Below, one piece after another: positions 26,286 through 35,336 of a DNA stretch of 60,862 nt (its first letter is position 1; the number at the start of each line of letters is the position of its first letter). The notes beneath the pieces were generated by a model. The model saw nothing but the letters and a program-made list of their open reading frames with translations. It made no database searches and was not told where the DNA came from. The translations under genes and the position numbers were made by a program. Source of the DNA: an uncultured Rhodobacter sp. (lineage in GTDB: Bacteria > Pseudomonadota > Alphaproteobacteria > Rhodobacterales > Rhodobacteraceae); NCBI GenBank assembly GCA_964419305.1, contig CAYQPD010000002.1:1-60862 (forward strand), given 5' to 3'.

Positions 26286-27077
26286 TCAGGCCGAGGCAGA
26301 AAGAAAGCCCCGCAAACGTTCGGTCCTTGGGGCGCCGAACAAGGCCTCGGGCGGCCCCTCTTCCTCGATCTTGCCAAGATGAAGGAAAATCACGTGATCC
26401 GACACGTCGGCCGCCAGCCGCATGTCGTGGGTGACAAGGATCATGGTGCGGCCCTCGTCGGCCAGTGCCTTGATCACCTTGATCACCTCTTGCTCCAGCT
26501 CGGGGTCAAGCGCCGAGGTCGGCTCGTCGAACAGCAACGCGCGCGGCTCCATGCACAGCGCCCGCGCGATTGCGGCGCGCTGCTGCTGGCCACCCGACAG
26601 CATCGCCGGGTAGGCGTCGGCCTTCTCGGAAATCCCGACCTTGGCCAGATACTTGCGCGCCGCCGCCTCGACCTCGGCGCGGTCGCGCTTCAGCACGGTG
26701 ACCGGCGCTTCCATCACGTTTTGCAGGATCGTGAGATGCGCCCAGAGGTTGAACTGCTGGAACACCATCGACAGGTTGGTGCGGATGCGCGTGACCTGCG
26801 CCCGATCCGCCGGGTGCCGCCCAAGGCCCGTGCCGCGCCAGTGCACCGCTTCGCCTTCAAACACCACCTCGCCCTGCTGGCTGTCTTCCAGCAGGTTGCA
26901 GCAGCGCAGCAGGGTCGATTTGCCCGAGCCTGATGACCCGATCAGCGACACCACGTGGCCGCGCTCGGCCACCAGATCGACGCCCTTCAGCACCTCAAGG
27001 CTGCCATAGCTCTTGTGCAGGTTGTGAATACGGATGACGGGCGGTTCAGGATCCGGATTGGCGGGATGGGCTGTCAC
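26286..27077 (-). CDS. ABC transporter ATP-binding protein (HisP/OccP-like)
   Basis: ORF track (GTG start). Walker A GSSGSGKST, signature LSGGQQQR, Walker B LLFDEPTSALD. Confidence 0.9.
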   Translation of the reverse strand: MTAHPANPDPEPPVIRIHNLHKSYGSLEVLKGVDLVAERGHVVSLIGSSGSGKSTLLRCCNLLEDSQQGEVVFEGEAVHWRGTGLGRHPADRAQVTRIRTNLSMVFQQFNLWAHLTILQNVMEAPVTVLKRDRAEVEAAARKYLAKVGISEKADAYPAMLSGGQQQRAAIARALCMEPRALLFDEPTSALDPELEQEVIKVIKALADEGRTMILVTHDMRLAADVSDHVIFLHLGKIEEEGPPEALFGAPRTERLRGFLSASA

Positions 27078-27208
27078 GGGGTCTCGCCTGCTGTGATCGG
27101 TTGCACTTGAGGGCCAAGTAGGGCCGATATTTCGCCCTTTTGCAACGGTGTTTGTGGCGTTTCAGTCAAGCGACCTGCCACATTGGTCACTACGATTGCG
27201 CAATCTGG

Positions 27209-27970
27209 TCAGGTGGGATGCTCAGGCGGGGGCGGCACCGGCTGCGCCAGATAGGCCGCCGCCGGGATGCTGACCAGCCCGCGCAAACCCAGCGCCTGCC
27301 GGTCATCGTCGGCCATCCCGGCCAGCGCCGCGGCGATCGCGGCGAACAGCACCGCAGGGTCATGGCCCAGGGCGGTGATATAGGGCAGGCCCGGCGTCGG
27401 GGCGGTGCGCGCCACCTCACGCAGCGTCGCCGTCAGGCCGCCGTCATGGCGCTGCATCAGCCGCCAGGTCACGGCATCAATGGCCGCCAGATCGGCGCGC
27501 GCTGAAGCCACCGCCACCGCCGACTGCCGGTGCCCGCCGCTGCGCAGGGTTGGACGCAAGGCCAGCCCAAGCCCCGCCACATGACTGTGCGCCGCCGCCC
27601 AGCCCGATTGCGACAGCGCGTCGTTATAGGCAAACCGGCCAGCCATCAGCCCGGCAAGGTTGCGCGGATCATCCGCCCGCGCCACCAGAACGCTGCAATA
27701 ATAGCCGGGCTTGCAGCCCGCCACCGCGAAATCCGGGGTGCCGACCAGCGTCACCTTGCCATGCAGCCGGGTGCGGTAGGGCAGGCCGCAGGTCTGCGCC
27801 AGCACCAGATCGGGCGCGGTCCAAAGCGGCCAGAGATCATCTGCCCCCCGGCTCAGCGCATCCGGGGCGGCCATGCCCGCCGCGCGCAACTGATCCCGGA
27901 TCGCCCCCCAGTAGCGGTCGTTGGCCGGGGCCAGCGCGGCCCGGTCATACATCGGCAGCGCGGCGATCAT
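27209..27970 (-). CDS. PhnD/SsuA-like substrate-binding-fold protein without an obvious signal peptide
   Basis: ORF 27209..28102 trimmed to ATG 27970 (MIAALPMYD...), which forms an ATGA overlap with the TerB gene stop (27967-27970). Resembles phosphonate-binding-domain family proteins. Confidence 0.6.
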   Translation of the reverse strand: MIAALPMYDRAALAPANDRYWGAIRDQLRAAGMAAPDALSRGADDLWPLWTAPDLVLAQTCGLPYRTRLHGKVTLVGTPDFAVAGCKPGYYCSVLVARADDPRNLAGLMAGRFAYNDALSQSGWAAAHSHVAGLGLALRPTLRSGGHRQSAVAVASARADLAAIDAVTWRLMQRHDGGLTATLREVARTAPTPGLPYITALGHDPAVLFAAIAAALAGMADDDRQALGLRGLVSIPAAAYLAQPVPPPPEHPT

Positions 27971-28410
27971 CGCCCGGCACGCTCGACGGTCTGCCGCGCC
28001 AAGGCACTGTCGCGGTCGGTCAGCCCCAGCAGGTTGGCCACCAGCCGCAGCACCTGCTCTTCTTCCGCCGCGCGCGCGCCGTCGGCCAGTGCCACCGCCC
28101 ACAGCGCCTGCATCAGCCCGGCGCGATCCTCATGCGGCACCGCCGATTTCAGCGCGCGGGTAAAGCGCACCGTGTCGGGAGCCGCGGCCTCAAGCTGCTC
28201 GGCCTCGGCCCGCAGCGCGGCAGCGGCAAACGGCGACAAGCCATAGCGCCCGGCCAGCACCCGGTCGATCCGGGCGGCCTCGGATGGGGTGTAAACATGG
28301 TCGGCCCGCGCCACCCGCACCAGCAGCGCCGCCAGCGCCAGGCGCGCCTCGGGGTCTGGCAGACGGGTGGGGGCGGGGGCCGCAAGGCGGCGGAGCAACG
28401 ACTCGAACAT
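27967..28410 (-). CDS. TerB family (tellurite-resistance-like) protein
   Basis: ORF 27967..28509 trimmed to ATG 28410 (MFESLLRRL...); the upstream part overlaps the palindrome region. LALAALLVRVARAD... and LWAVALADG...EEEQVLRLVANLLG fit the TerB pattern. Confidence 0.7.
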   Translation of the reverse strand: MFESLLRRLAAPAPTRLPDPEARLALAALLVRVARADHVYTPSEAARIDRVLAGRYGLSPFAAAALRAEAEQLEAAAPDTVRFTRALKSAVPHEDRAGLMQALWAVALADGARAAEEEQVLRLVANLLGLTDRDSALARQTVERAGR

Positions 28411-28498
28411 CAGGCGGATATAGGCCGCGCGCGCAACGCTGGCCAGCCCCGCGGCGCGGGAGTGGAAGGTTGACGTTGCTGGGAACCATCGGCACCAG

Positions 28499-28570
28499 CC
28501 GCTCGTCACTCCCTTGCGGTCTTTCCTCGCTGGCGCAAGCGAAGAACGACCGCAAGGGAGTGATGAGCGG
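28499..28570. repeat. 72-nt near-perfect palindrome (23-nt arms, 1 mismatch)
   Basis: CCGCTCGTCACTCCCTTGCGGTC (28499-28521) pairs with GACCGCAAGGGAGTGATGAGCGG (28548-28570). The 26-nt spacer itself contains TCGCT..AGCGA. Both strands therefore encode the mirrored peptide ASEERPQGSDER seen in two ORF-track entries. Confidence 0.85.
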
Positions 28571-28586
28571 GCGAAGGAACCGAAGA

Positions 28587-28880
28587 TCAGCCGTCCCAGC
28601 CCTCGACGATCACCAGATCGGCCACGGATACCGGGTCACGCAACGCCTTTGCCGCCTGATATTCCGGGCTGTCATAGCAGGCCATCGCGGTGGCAAGGCT
28701 GTCGAACTCGATCACCACCACCCGGCTGCGCGCGGCGCCCTCGCGCACCACGCCGGCCCCGCCCCGCACCAGAAACCGCGCGCCATATTTGGCAAAGGCC
28801 GCCGCATTGGCTTGGCGATAAGCCGCGTAGGCGCCTGGGTCGTGAACATCGACCTGCGCCACCCAATAGCCCTTGGTCAT
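28587..28880 (-). CDS. DUF1330 domain protein
   Basis: ORF 28587..28988 trimmed to ATG 28880 (MTKGYWVAQVDVHDP...), which forms an ATGA overlap with the upstream stop (28877-28880). Confidence 0.75.
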   Translation of the reverse strand: MTKGYWVAQVDVHDPGAYAAYRQANAAAFAKYGARFLVRGGAGVVREGAARSRVVVIEFDSLATAMACYDSPEYQAAKALRDPVSVADLVIVEGWDG

Positions 28881-29791
28881 CCTGCCCCCCCTTCCGGCAC
28901 CGCGATCCAGCCCGACGAGACCGCCACCGCCGCGCCCTTGATGCGCACCGCCTCGATCCCGTCGGTGCCGTGCTCGACCGTCAACCACATCGTGCTGGGG
29001 CGGCCCATCTCGACCCCCTGCGCCAGCGCGAATACCTGCGGCCCCGGCGGCAAGGCCCGCGATGCCCGAAGCTGTGCGGCCAGGATCGCGGCGGCCGAGC
29101 CAGTGGCGGGGTCTTCAAATATCCCGCTGCCAAAGCCAAACAGCCGCGCCTGAAAATCGACGCCTGCGCCGGGGGTGTAAAGATAGGCACTGTCCACCCC
29201 GGCGCGGTCCATCAGATCCGACCAATGGGGCTCCAGCGGCCAGGCCCGCGCCAGCGCGTCAAGGCTGGCCACCGGCACGTAGAGAAACCCCACCCCACCC
29301 TGCCACAGCGCGATGCGGTGGTGGCCAAAGCCCAGATCATCAGGCGCAAGGTCCAGCGCTCGCGCCACCAGCGCGGGCGGGGCAGCACCCGGTGCGGCGT
29401 GCGGGATGACGGGTGCGGTGAACTCGGCCTCGGTCACGTCGCCCCGGCGCGACACCGTCACCGGCACCAAGCCCGCCGCTTCCTCCAGCACCAGAGTCGC
29501 GTCGAAATCCCCCGCCCCCTGAGCCGTGCCCGCCAACAGAACAGCACAGCCGATGGTGGGATGACCAGCAAAGGGCAGCTCGGACGCAGGCGTGAAAATC
29601 CGCACCCTGGCCGCGTGGGCCGGGTCATCGGGGCGCGCCACAAAGATCGTCTCCGACAGGGCAAACTCGCGCGCCATCGCCTGCATCTGCCCCGGCGTCA
29701 GCCCCTCGGCCCCCAGCACCACCGCCAGCGGATTACCCGCGAACGGGTGGGTGGTGAACACATCGAAGGTATGAAATTCCAGCGCCGTCAT
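28877..29791 (-). CDS. PhzF family isomerase-like protein
   Basis: ORF 28877..30022 trimmed to ATG 29791 (MTALEFHTFDVFT...FAGNPLAVV...SETIF...FAGHPTIG), which forms an ATGA overlap with the rlmJ stop (29788-29791). Confidence 0.85.
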   Translation of the reverse strand: MTALEFHTFDVFTTHPFAGNPLAVVLGAEGLTPGQMQAMAREFALSETIFVARPDDPAHAARVRIFTPASELPFAGHPTIGCAVLLAGTAQGAGDFDATLVLEEAAGLVPVTVSRRGDVTEAEFTAPVIPHAAPGAAPPALVARALDLAPDDLGFGHHRIALWQGGVGFLYVPVASLDALARAWPLEPHWSDLMDRAGVDSAYLYTPGAGVDFQARLFGFGSGIFEDPATGSAAAILAAQLRASRALPPGPQVFALAQGVEMGRPSTMWLTVEHGTDGIEAVRIKGAAVAVSSGWIAVPEGGAG

Positions 29792-30567
29792 GCCATGCCC
29801 GCAAACAGCGCGGTCAGCGCTTCGGCCTCGGCGGCCAGCCCGTAGGGCGGGTTGATGATGAACATCCCCGAGCCCACCAGCCCGTGCCCGCCCCGCACCG
29901 GGGCAAAGCCCACCTCGTGGTGCAGGGCGCCGGGAAAAGCCCGCACCAGCACCGCCAGCATCGGCTCGTGCGGCGCTGCGGCCAGGATCGGATACCACAG
30001 GCAGATCACGCCCACGTTCCACTTGCGGGCAATCGCGCTGATCACCTTGGGGATGGTGGCGTAATCGTCCTTCACCTCGTAGCTCGGGTCGATCAGCATC
30101 AGCCCGCGGCGCGGGGTGGGCGGGCAGATCGCCTGCGCCAGCGCCAGCCCGTCGCTGTGGTGGATATGCGCGCCCCAGGGCCGCAGCACCGCCTCGAGCG
30201 CGCGAAACTCCTGCGGGTGAAGCTCGGCCAGATGCAGGGTGTCGCCTTCACGCAGCGACAGCGCCGCCAGCAGCGGCGAACCGGGATAGGCGGCCTCGCC
30301 GTAGCGCGCCCGCACCTCGGCCAGGCGCTGGCGGTAGGGGTGATCCGCGGCAAGACCCGCTTCCAGCCGCGCGATCCCCTGCGCCGCCTCGCCGGTCTTC
30401 AGCGCCTCGTCCGCATCCAGCCGGTAAAGCCCGCGCCCGGCGTGGGTCTCGATATAGCTCAGCGGCTTGTCCTTTTGCACCATGTAGTCGAGCGCCCGGC
30501 ACAGCAGGGCGTGCTTGTGCACGTCGGCCAGATTTCCGGCGTGGTAGATGTGTTGGTAGGAAAGCAT
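29788..30567 (-). CDS. rlmJ: 23S rRNA (adenine2030-N6)-methyltransferase
   Basis: ORF track. The N-terminus MLSYQHIYHAGNLADVHKHALL is characteristic of RlmJ. Confidence 0.85.
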   Translation of the reverse strand: MLSYQHIYHAGNLADVHKHALLCRALDYMVQKDKPLSYIETHAGRGLYRLDADEALKTGEAAQGIARLEAGLAADHPYRQRLAEVRARYGEAAYPGSPLLAALSLREGDTLHLAELHPQEFRALEAVLRPWGAHIHHSDGLALAQAICPPTPRRGLMLIDPSYEVKDDYATIPKVISAIARKWNVGVICLWYPILAAAPHEPMLAVLVRAFPGALHHEVGFAPVRGGHGLVGSGMFIINPPYGLAAEAEALTALFAGMA

Positions 30568-30615
30568 GCGCCCGAGGTAACCCGGAACCGCCGCCCTGAC
30601 AATCGCCGTGACATG

Positions 30616-30639
30616 AAAAAGGGCACCCGCAGGTGCCCT
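30616..30639 (-). terminator. Intrinsic terminator after groEL
   Basis: Minus strand reads AGGGCACC-UGCG-GGUGCCCU followed by UUUUC, about 29 nt after the groEL TAA. Confidence 0.75.
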
Positions 30640-30667
30640 TTCCCAAAACGTCCCATTGGTGGTTGGC

Positions 30668-32374
<1,707 letters not shown>

Positions 32375-32399
32375 TCAGCCCGAAGGCGAGCCTGCGATC

Positions 32400-32687
32400 T
32401 CAGGCGATGATGCCCAGAATGTCGCTTTCCTTCATGATCAGCAGGTCTTCGCCGTCAAGCTTGATCTCGGTGCCAGACCATTTGCCGAACAGCACCCGGT
32501 CGCCCTTTTTCACCGACGGGGCGATCAGCTCGCCACTGTCCTTGCGCGCGCCGGGGCCGACGGCCACAACTTCGGCTTCGGCCGGTTTTTCCTTGGCGGT
32601 ATCGGGGATGATCAGCCCACCCTTGGTTTTTTCTTCGCCTTCGATGCGGCGGACCAGCACGCGGTCATGCAGCGGTTTGAATTTCAT
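32400..32687 (-). CDS. groS: Co-chaperonin GroES
   Basis: ORF 32400..32756 trimmed to ATG 32687 ([14 protein letters not shown]...). GGGAG RBS. 95 aa. Confidence 0.95.
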   Translation of the reverse strand: MKFKPLHDRVLVRRIEGEEKTKGGLIIPDTAKEKPAEAEVVAVGPGARKDSGELIAPSVKKGDRVLFGKWSGTEIKLDGEDLLIMKESDILGIIA

Positions 32688-32721
32688 CTGAACACACTCC
32701 CTAGGTTTCAGGTTCAATCTA

Positions 32722-32748
32722 TTGGCACTCACCAGGGGCGAGTGCCAG
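32722..32748 (-). promoter_or_regulatory. CIRCE-like HrcA operator
   Basis: + strand reads TTGGCACTC-N9-GAGTGCCAG (consensus TTAGCACTC-N9-GAGTGCTAA), 35-61 nt upstream of the groES ATG. Confidence 0.75.
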
Positions 32749-32755
32749 AGCCGCA

Positions 32756-32784
32756 CAGGTAGGCAGCACGGGCGGCACTGTCAA
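32756..32784 (-). promoter_or_regulatory. Candidate groESL promoter
   Basis: On the minus strand, TTGACA, then 17 nt, then TACCTG, immediately upstream of CIRCE. The -10 is weak, and a sigma32-type reading (..CCTACCT) is also possible. Confidence 0.3.
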
Positions 32785-32928
32785 CCGCCAGATCGGCAAA
32801 AATCGCGGGTTCTGCCGCGCATCTGTTGCTGCAACGCAGCATTGCGCCGGTCGCAACAGTCGGTGGCGTGACAATCGCGCCCGCCCCGCCTATAAGGCGA
32901 CAAATTCACCGCATCAAACGGACAAAGC

Positions 32929-33846
32929 ATGATCAAGGTTTTCGGCCACAAGGCCCCCGACACCGACGCCACCTGCTCGCCCATCATCTGGGCCTGGTAT
33001 CTGACCGAGGTCAAAGCCACCCCGGCCACCCCGCACCTGCTGGGCGAGCCCAACACCGAAGCGGCCTTTGTGCTGAAACGCTGGAATCTGGCAAAACCGA
33101 CCCTCATCGCCGATGTGACGCCGGGCGAAGATGTGGTGATCGTCGATACCAACAACCCCGCCGAATTGCCGCCCTCGATCAACGACGCCAACATCCTTGC
33201 GATCATCGACCACCACATGCTGGCCGGTGGCATCAAGACCCGCACCCCGATCGACATCACGGTGCGTCCGCTGGCCTGCACCGCCACGGTGATGTTTGAT
33301 CTGATGGGCGACGCTGCGGCGCGAATGCCGGAAGCGATCAAATGCGCCATGCTGTCGTGCATCCTGTCGGACACGCTGGAATTTCGCAGCCCCACCACCA
33401 CACCGCATGACCGCGCTGTGGCCGAGGCACTGGCGCATGGCTTGGGCATTTCGATCCCCGATTATGCCGCCGAACTGTTCGCCGCCAAATCCGATGTCTC
33501 GGCCTTTTCCGATGCGGCGCTGCTGCGGATGGACAGCAAGGAATACGAGGTGGCGGGCAAGCAGTTGCGGGTCTCGGTGCTGGAAACCACCGCGCCCAAG
33601 GTGGTGCTGGACCGCAAGGCGGCGCTGATGGCCGCGATGCCCGGCGTGGCGGCCGAGGACGGGGCCGACCAGGTGCTGCTGTTCGTGATCGACATTCTAC
33701 GCGAAGAGGCGACGCTGCTGGTGCCGAACGATCTGGTCAAGGCGTTGGCCGAAGCCTCGTTCGGGGTCAAGGTCACGGGCGACAACGTGGTGATACCCGG
33801 CCTGATGTCGCGCAAGAAACAGATCATCCCGGCGCTGAAATTCTGA
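32929..33846 (+). CDS. ppaC: Family II (Mn-dependent, DHH/DHHA2) inorganic pyrophosphatase
   Basis: ORF track. MIKVFGHKAPDTDATCS, VIVDTNN, IIDHHML and a C-terminal DHHA2-like region. Confidence 0.85.
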   Translation: MIKVFGHKAPDTDATCSPIIWAWYLTEVKATPATPHLLGEPNTEAAFVLKRWNLAKPTLIADVTPGEDVVIVDTNNPAELPPSINDANILAIIDHHMLAGGIKTRTPIDITVRPLACTATVMFDLMGDAAARMPEAIKCAMLSCILSDTLEFRSPTTTPHDRAVAEALAHGLGISIPDYAAELFAAKSDVSAFSDAALLRMDSKEYEVAGKQLRVSVLETTAPKVVLDRKAALMAAMPGVAAEDGADQVLLFVIDILREEATLLVPNDLVKALAEASFGVKVTGDNVVIPGLMSRKKQIIPALKF

Positions 33847-33853
33847 TTTCGGC

Positions 33854-34747
33854 ATGACCCGCATCATCGCATCGCTGTCCGAGGTCGCGGGGCCATACCG
33901 CGCGCTGTTTTGCGATCTCTGGGGCTGCCTGCACGATGGCAACGCCCCCTTTCCCGCCGCCGTTGCCGCCTTGCAGGGCTTTCGCGCGGCAGGCGGGACG
34001 GTCTTGCTGCTGACCAACGCCCCACGCCCGAAACCCAGCGTCATCAAGCAGTTGCAGCACCTTGGCGTGCCTGACGACTGCTATGACGAAGTGGTATCCT
34101 CGGGCGATGCAGCGCAATACGCGCTGATCACCGGCGCGGTCGGGCACCGGGTCTATCATCTGGGTCCGGCCAAGGATCTGCCGTTCTTCACCGATTTTGC
34201 CGATGATCTGCAAGCCACGCGGGCGGCGCAGCCCCCGATCACCCTGGTGCCGTTGACCTCGGCCGAGGGCATCGTCTGCACCGGCCTGTTCGACGACCTG
34301 ACCGAGACCCCCGCCGACTACCGCGCGACCCTGCTTTACGCCAAGACCCGCGGCTTGAAGCTGCTTTGCGCCAACCCCGATATCGTGGTCGATATGGGTG
34401 CTACGCGGGTCTTTTGTGCCGGGGCGCTGGCGCAGGCATATGATCGGATGGGCGGCACCAGCCTATACTTCGGCAAGCCCCACCCGCCGATCTACGATCT
34501 GGCCCGCCGCCGCCTGGCAGCGCTGCGCCCCGAGATCGACGATTCCCGGATACTGTGCATTGGCGACGGTATCGCCACCGACGTGCAGGGTGGCATCGCC
34601 GAAGGGCTGGACACATTGTTCATCACCGGCGGTCTTGCTGCCGATCGGTTCGGGCCGGATTCCGCCAACCCCGACAAGGGCTTGCTCGACAAGTGGTTGG
34701 CCGGACACCAGCTTGGCCCGACCTTTGCCATGGGGAACCTGCGTTAG
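33854..34747 (+). CDS. HAD-superfamily hydrolase, subfamily IIA (TIGR01459-like)
   Basis: ORF track. FCDLWGCLHDG (DxxG variant of motif I), LLTNAPRP, and GDGIATDVQGG. Confidence 0.75.
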   Translation: MTRIIASLSEVAGPYRALFCDLWGCLHDGNAPFPAAVAALQGFRAAGGTVLLLTNAPRPKPSVIKQLQHLGVPDDCYDEVVSSGDAAQYALITGAVGHRVYHLGPAKDLPFFTDFADDLQATRAAQPPITLVPLTSAEGIVCTGLFDDLTETPADYRATLLYAKTRGLKLLCANPDIVVDMGATRVFCAGALAQAYDRMGGTSLYFGKPHPPIYDLARRRLAALRPEIDDSRILCIGDGIATDVQGGIAEGLDTLFITGGLAADRFGPDSANPDKGLLDKWLAGHQLGPTFAMGNLR

Positions 34748-34810
34748 CGCACCGCAATAAAGTTGCTATTCTGGCAACATTTACGACCTTTTATTGCTTT
34801 TATGATTGCG

Positions 34811-34821
34811 CTGCGACGCAG
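34811..34821. promoter_or_regulatory. PhaR-type box CTGC-N3-GCAG upstream of the MaoC-like gene
   Basis: CTGCgacGCAG, within the perfect palindrome GCTGCG-a-CGCAGC. It ends 42 nt upstream of the ATG at 34864, in an AT-rich spacer. Confidence 0.45.
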
Positions 34822-34863
34822 CATTAGCTATGCTGCATGGCAACATCACCAAGGATGCGCCCC

Positions 34864-35307
34864 ATGCTCGACAACCAGCCACGCGGCACGATCTGCATCG
34901 AAGACCTCGAGATCGGCATGACCCGCCACCTTCGCAAGCTGATAACTGACCGGGATATAATGCTTTTTGCCGAAGTTTCGACCGACCATAACCCGGTTCA
35001 TCTGGATGATGCCTATGCTCAGGACACCATCTTCGAGGGCCGCATCGCGCATGGCATGCTGACCGCCGGGCTGATTTCGGCGGTGATCGGCGAGCAGCTT
35101 CCCGGCCATGGCACCGTCTATCTTGGCCAGTCGCTGAAATTCATGGCCCCCGTCCGCCCCGGCGACACCGTGACTGCCTGCGTCAAGGTGATCGCGATCG
35201 ACTATGCCAAGCGCCGGGTGACCCTTGAAACCCACTGCGCGGTAGGCGATACGGTGGTCTTGAAGGGCGAGGCACTGGTGCTGGCACCCAGCCGCAAATT
35301 CGACTGA
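34864..35307 (+). CDS. MaoC-like (R)-specific enoyl-CoA hydratase (PhaJ-like)
   Basis: ORF 34837..35307. Start preferred at ATG 34864 because an AAGGA lies 8 nt upstream; 34837 remains possible. Hot-dog-fold hydratase motif FAEVSTDHNPVHLD...IAHGML. Confidence 0.8.
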   Translation: MLDNQPRGTICIEDLEIGMTRHLRKLITDRDIMLFAEVSTDHNPVHLDDAYAQDTIFEGRIAHGMLTAGLISAVIGEQLPGHGTVYLGQSLKFMAPVRPGDTVTACVKVIAIDYAKRRVTLETHCAVGDTVVLKGEALVLAPSRKFD

Positions 35308-35336
35308 CGGGGCCTGCCCCCGCAATCCGGGGAACG

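Noticed and set aside
27102-27116. A sigma54-like promoter upstream of the ABC/GS-like island. The minus strand reads TGGCCC-tcaa-GTGCA.
   Set aside because: The GG-to-GC spacing is one nucleotide shorter than the strict -24/-12 spacing of TGGCAC-N5-TTGCA, and the -12 element lacks the TT. This is not sufficient to call.
27194-27205. The perfect palindrome GATTGCGCAATC, 4 nt after the phnD-like stop and about 115 nt upstream of the ABC ATPase start.
   Set aside because: It is short, single and unaccompanied by other promoter features. It could be an operator, but chance occurrence cannot be excluded without comparative data.
28190-28555. ORF 28190..28555(-) and the start of ORF 28514..29845(+), which encode nearly identical peptides (..ASEERPQGSDER..).
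   Set aside because: This is an artefact of the 72-nt palindrome at 28499-28570 being read on both strands. Both ORFs are out of frame with or antisense to the supported genes.
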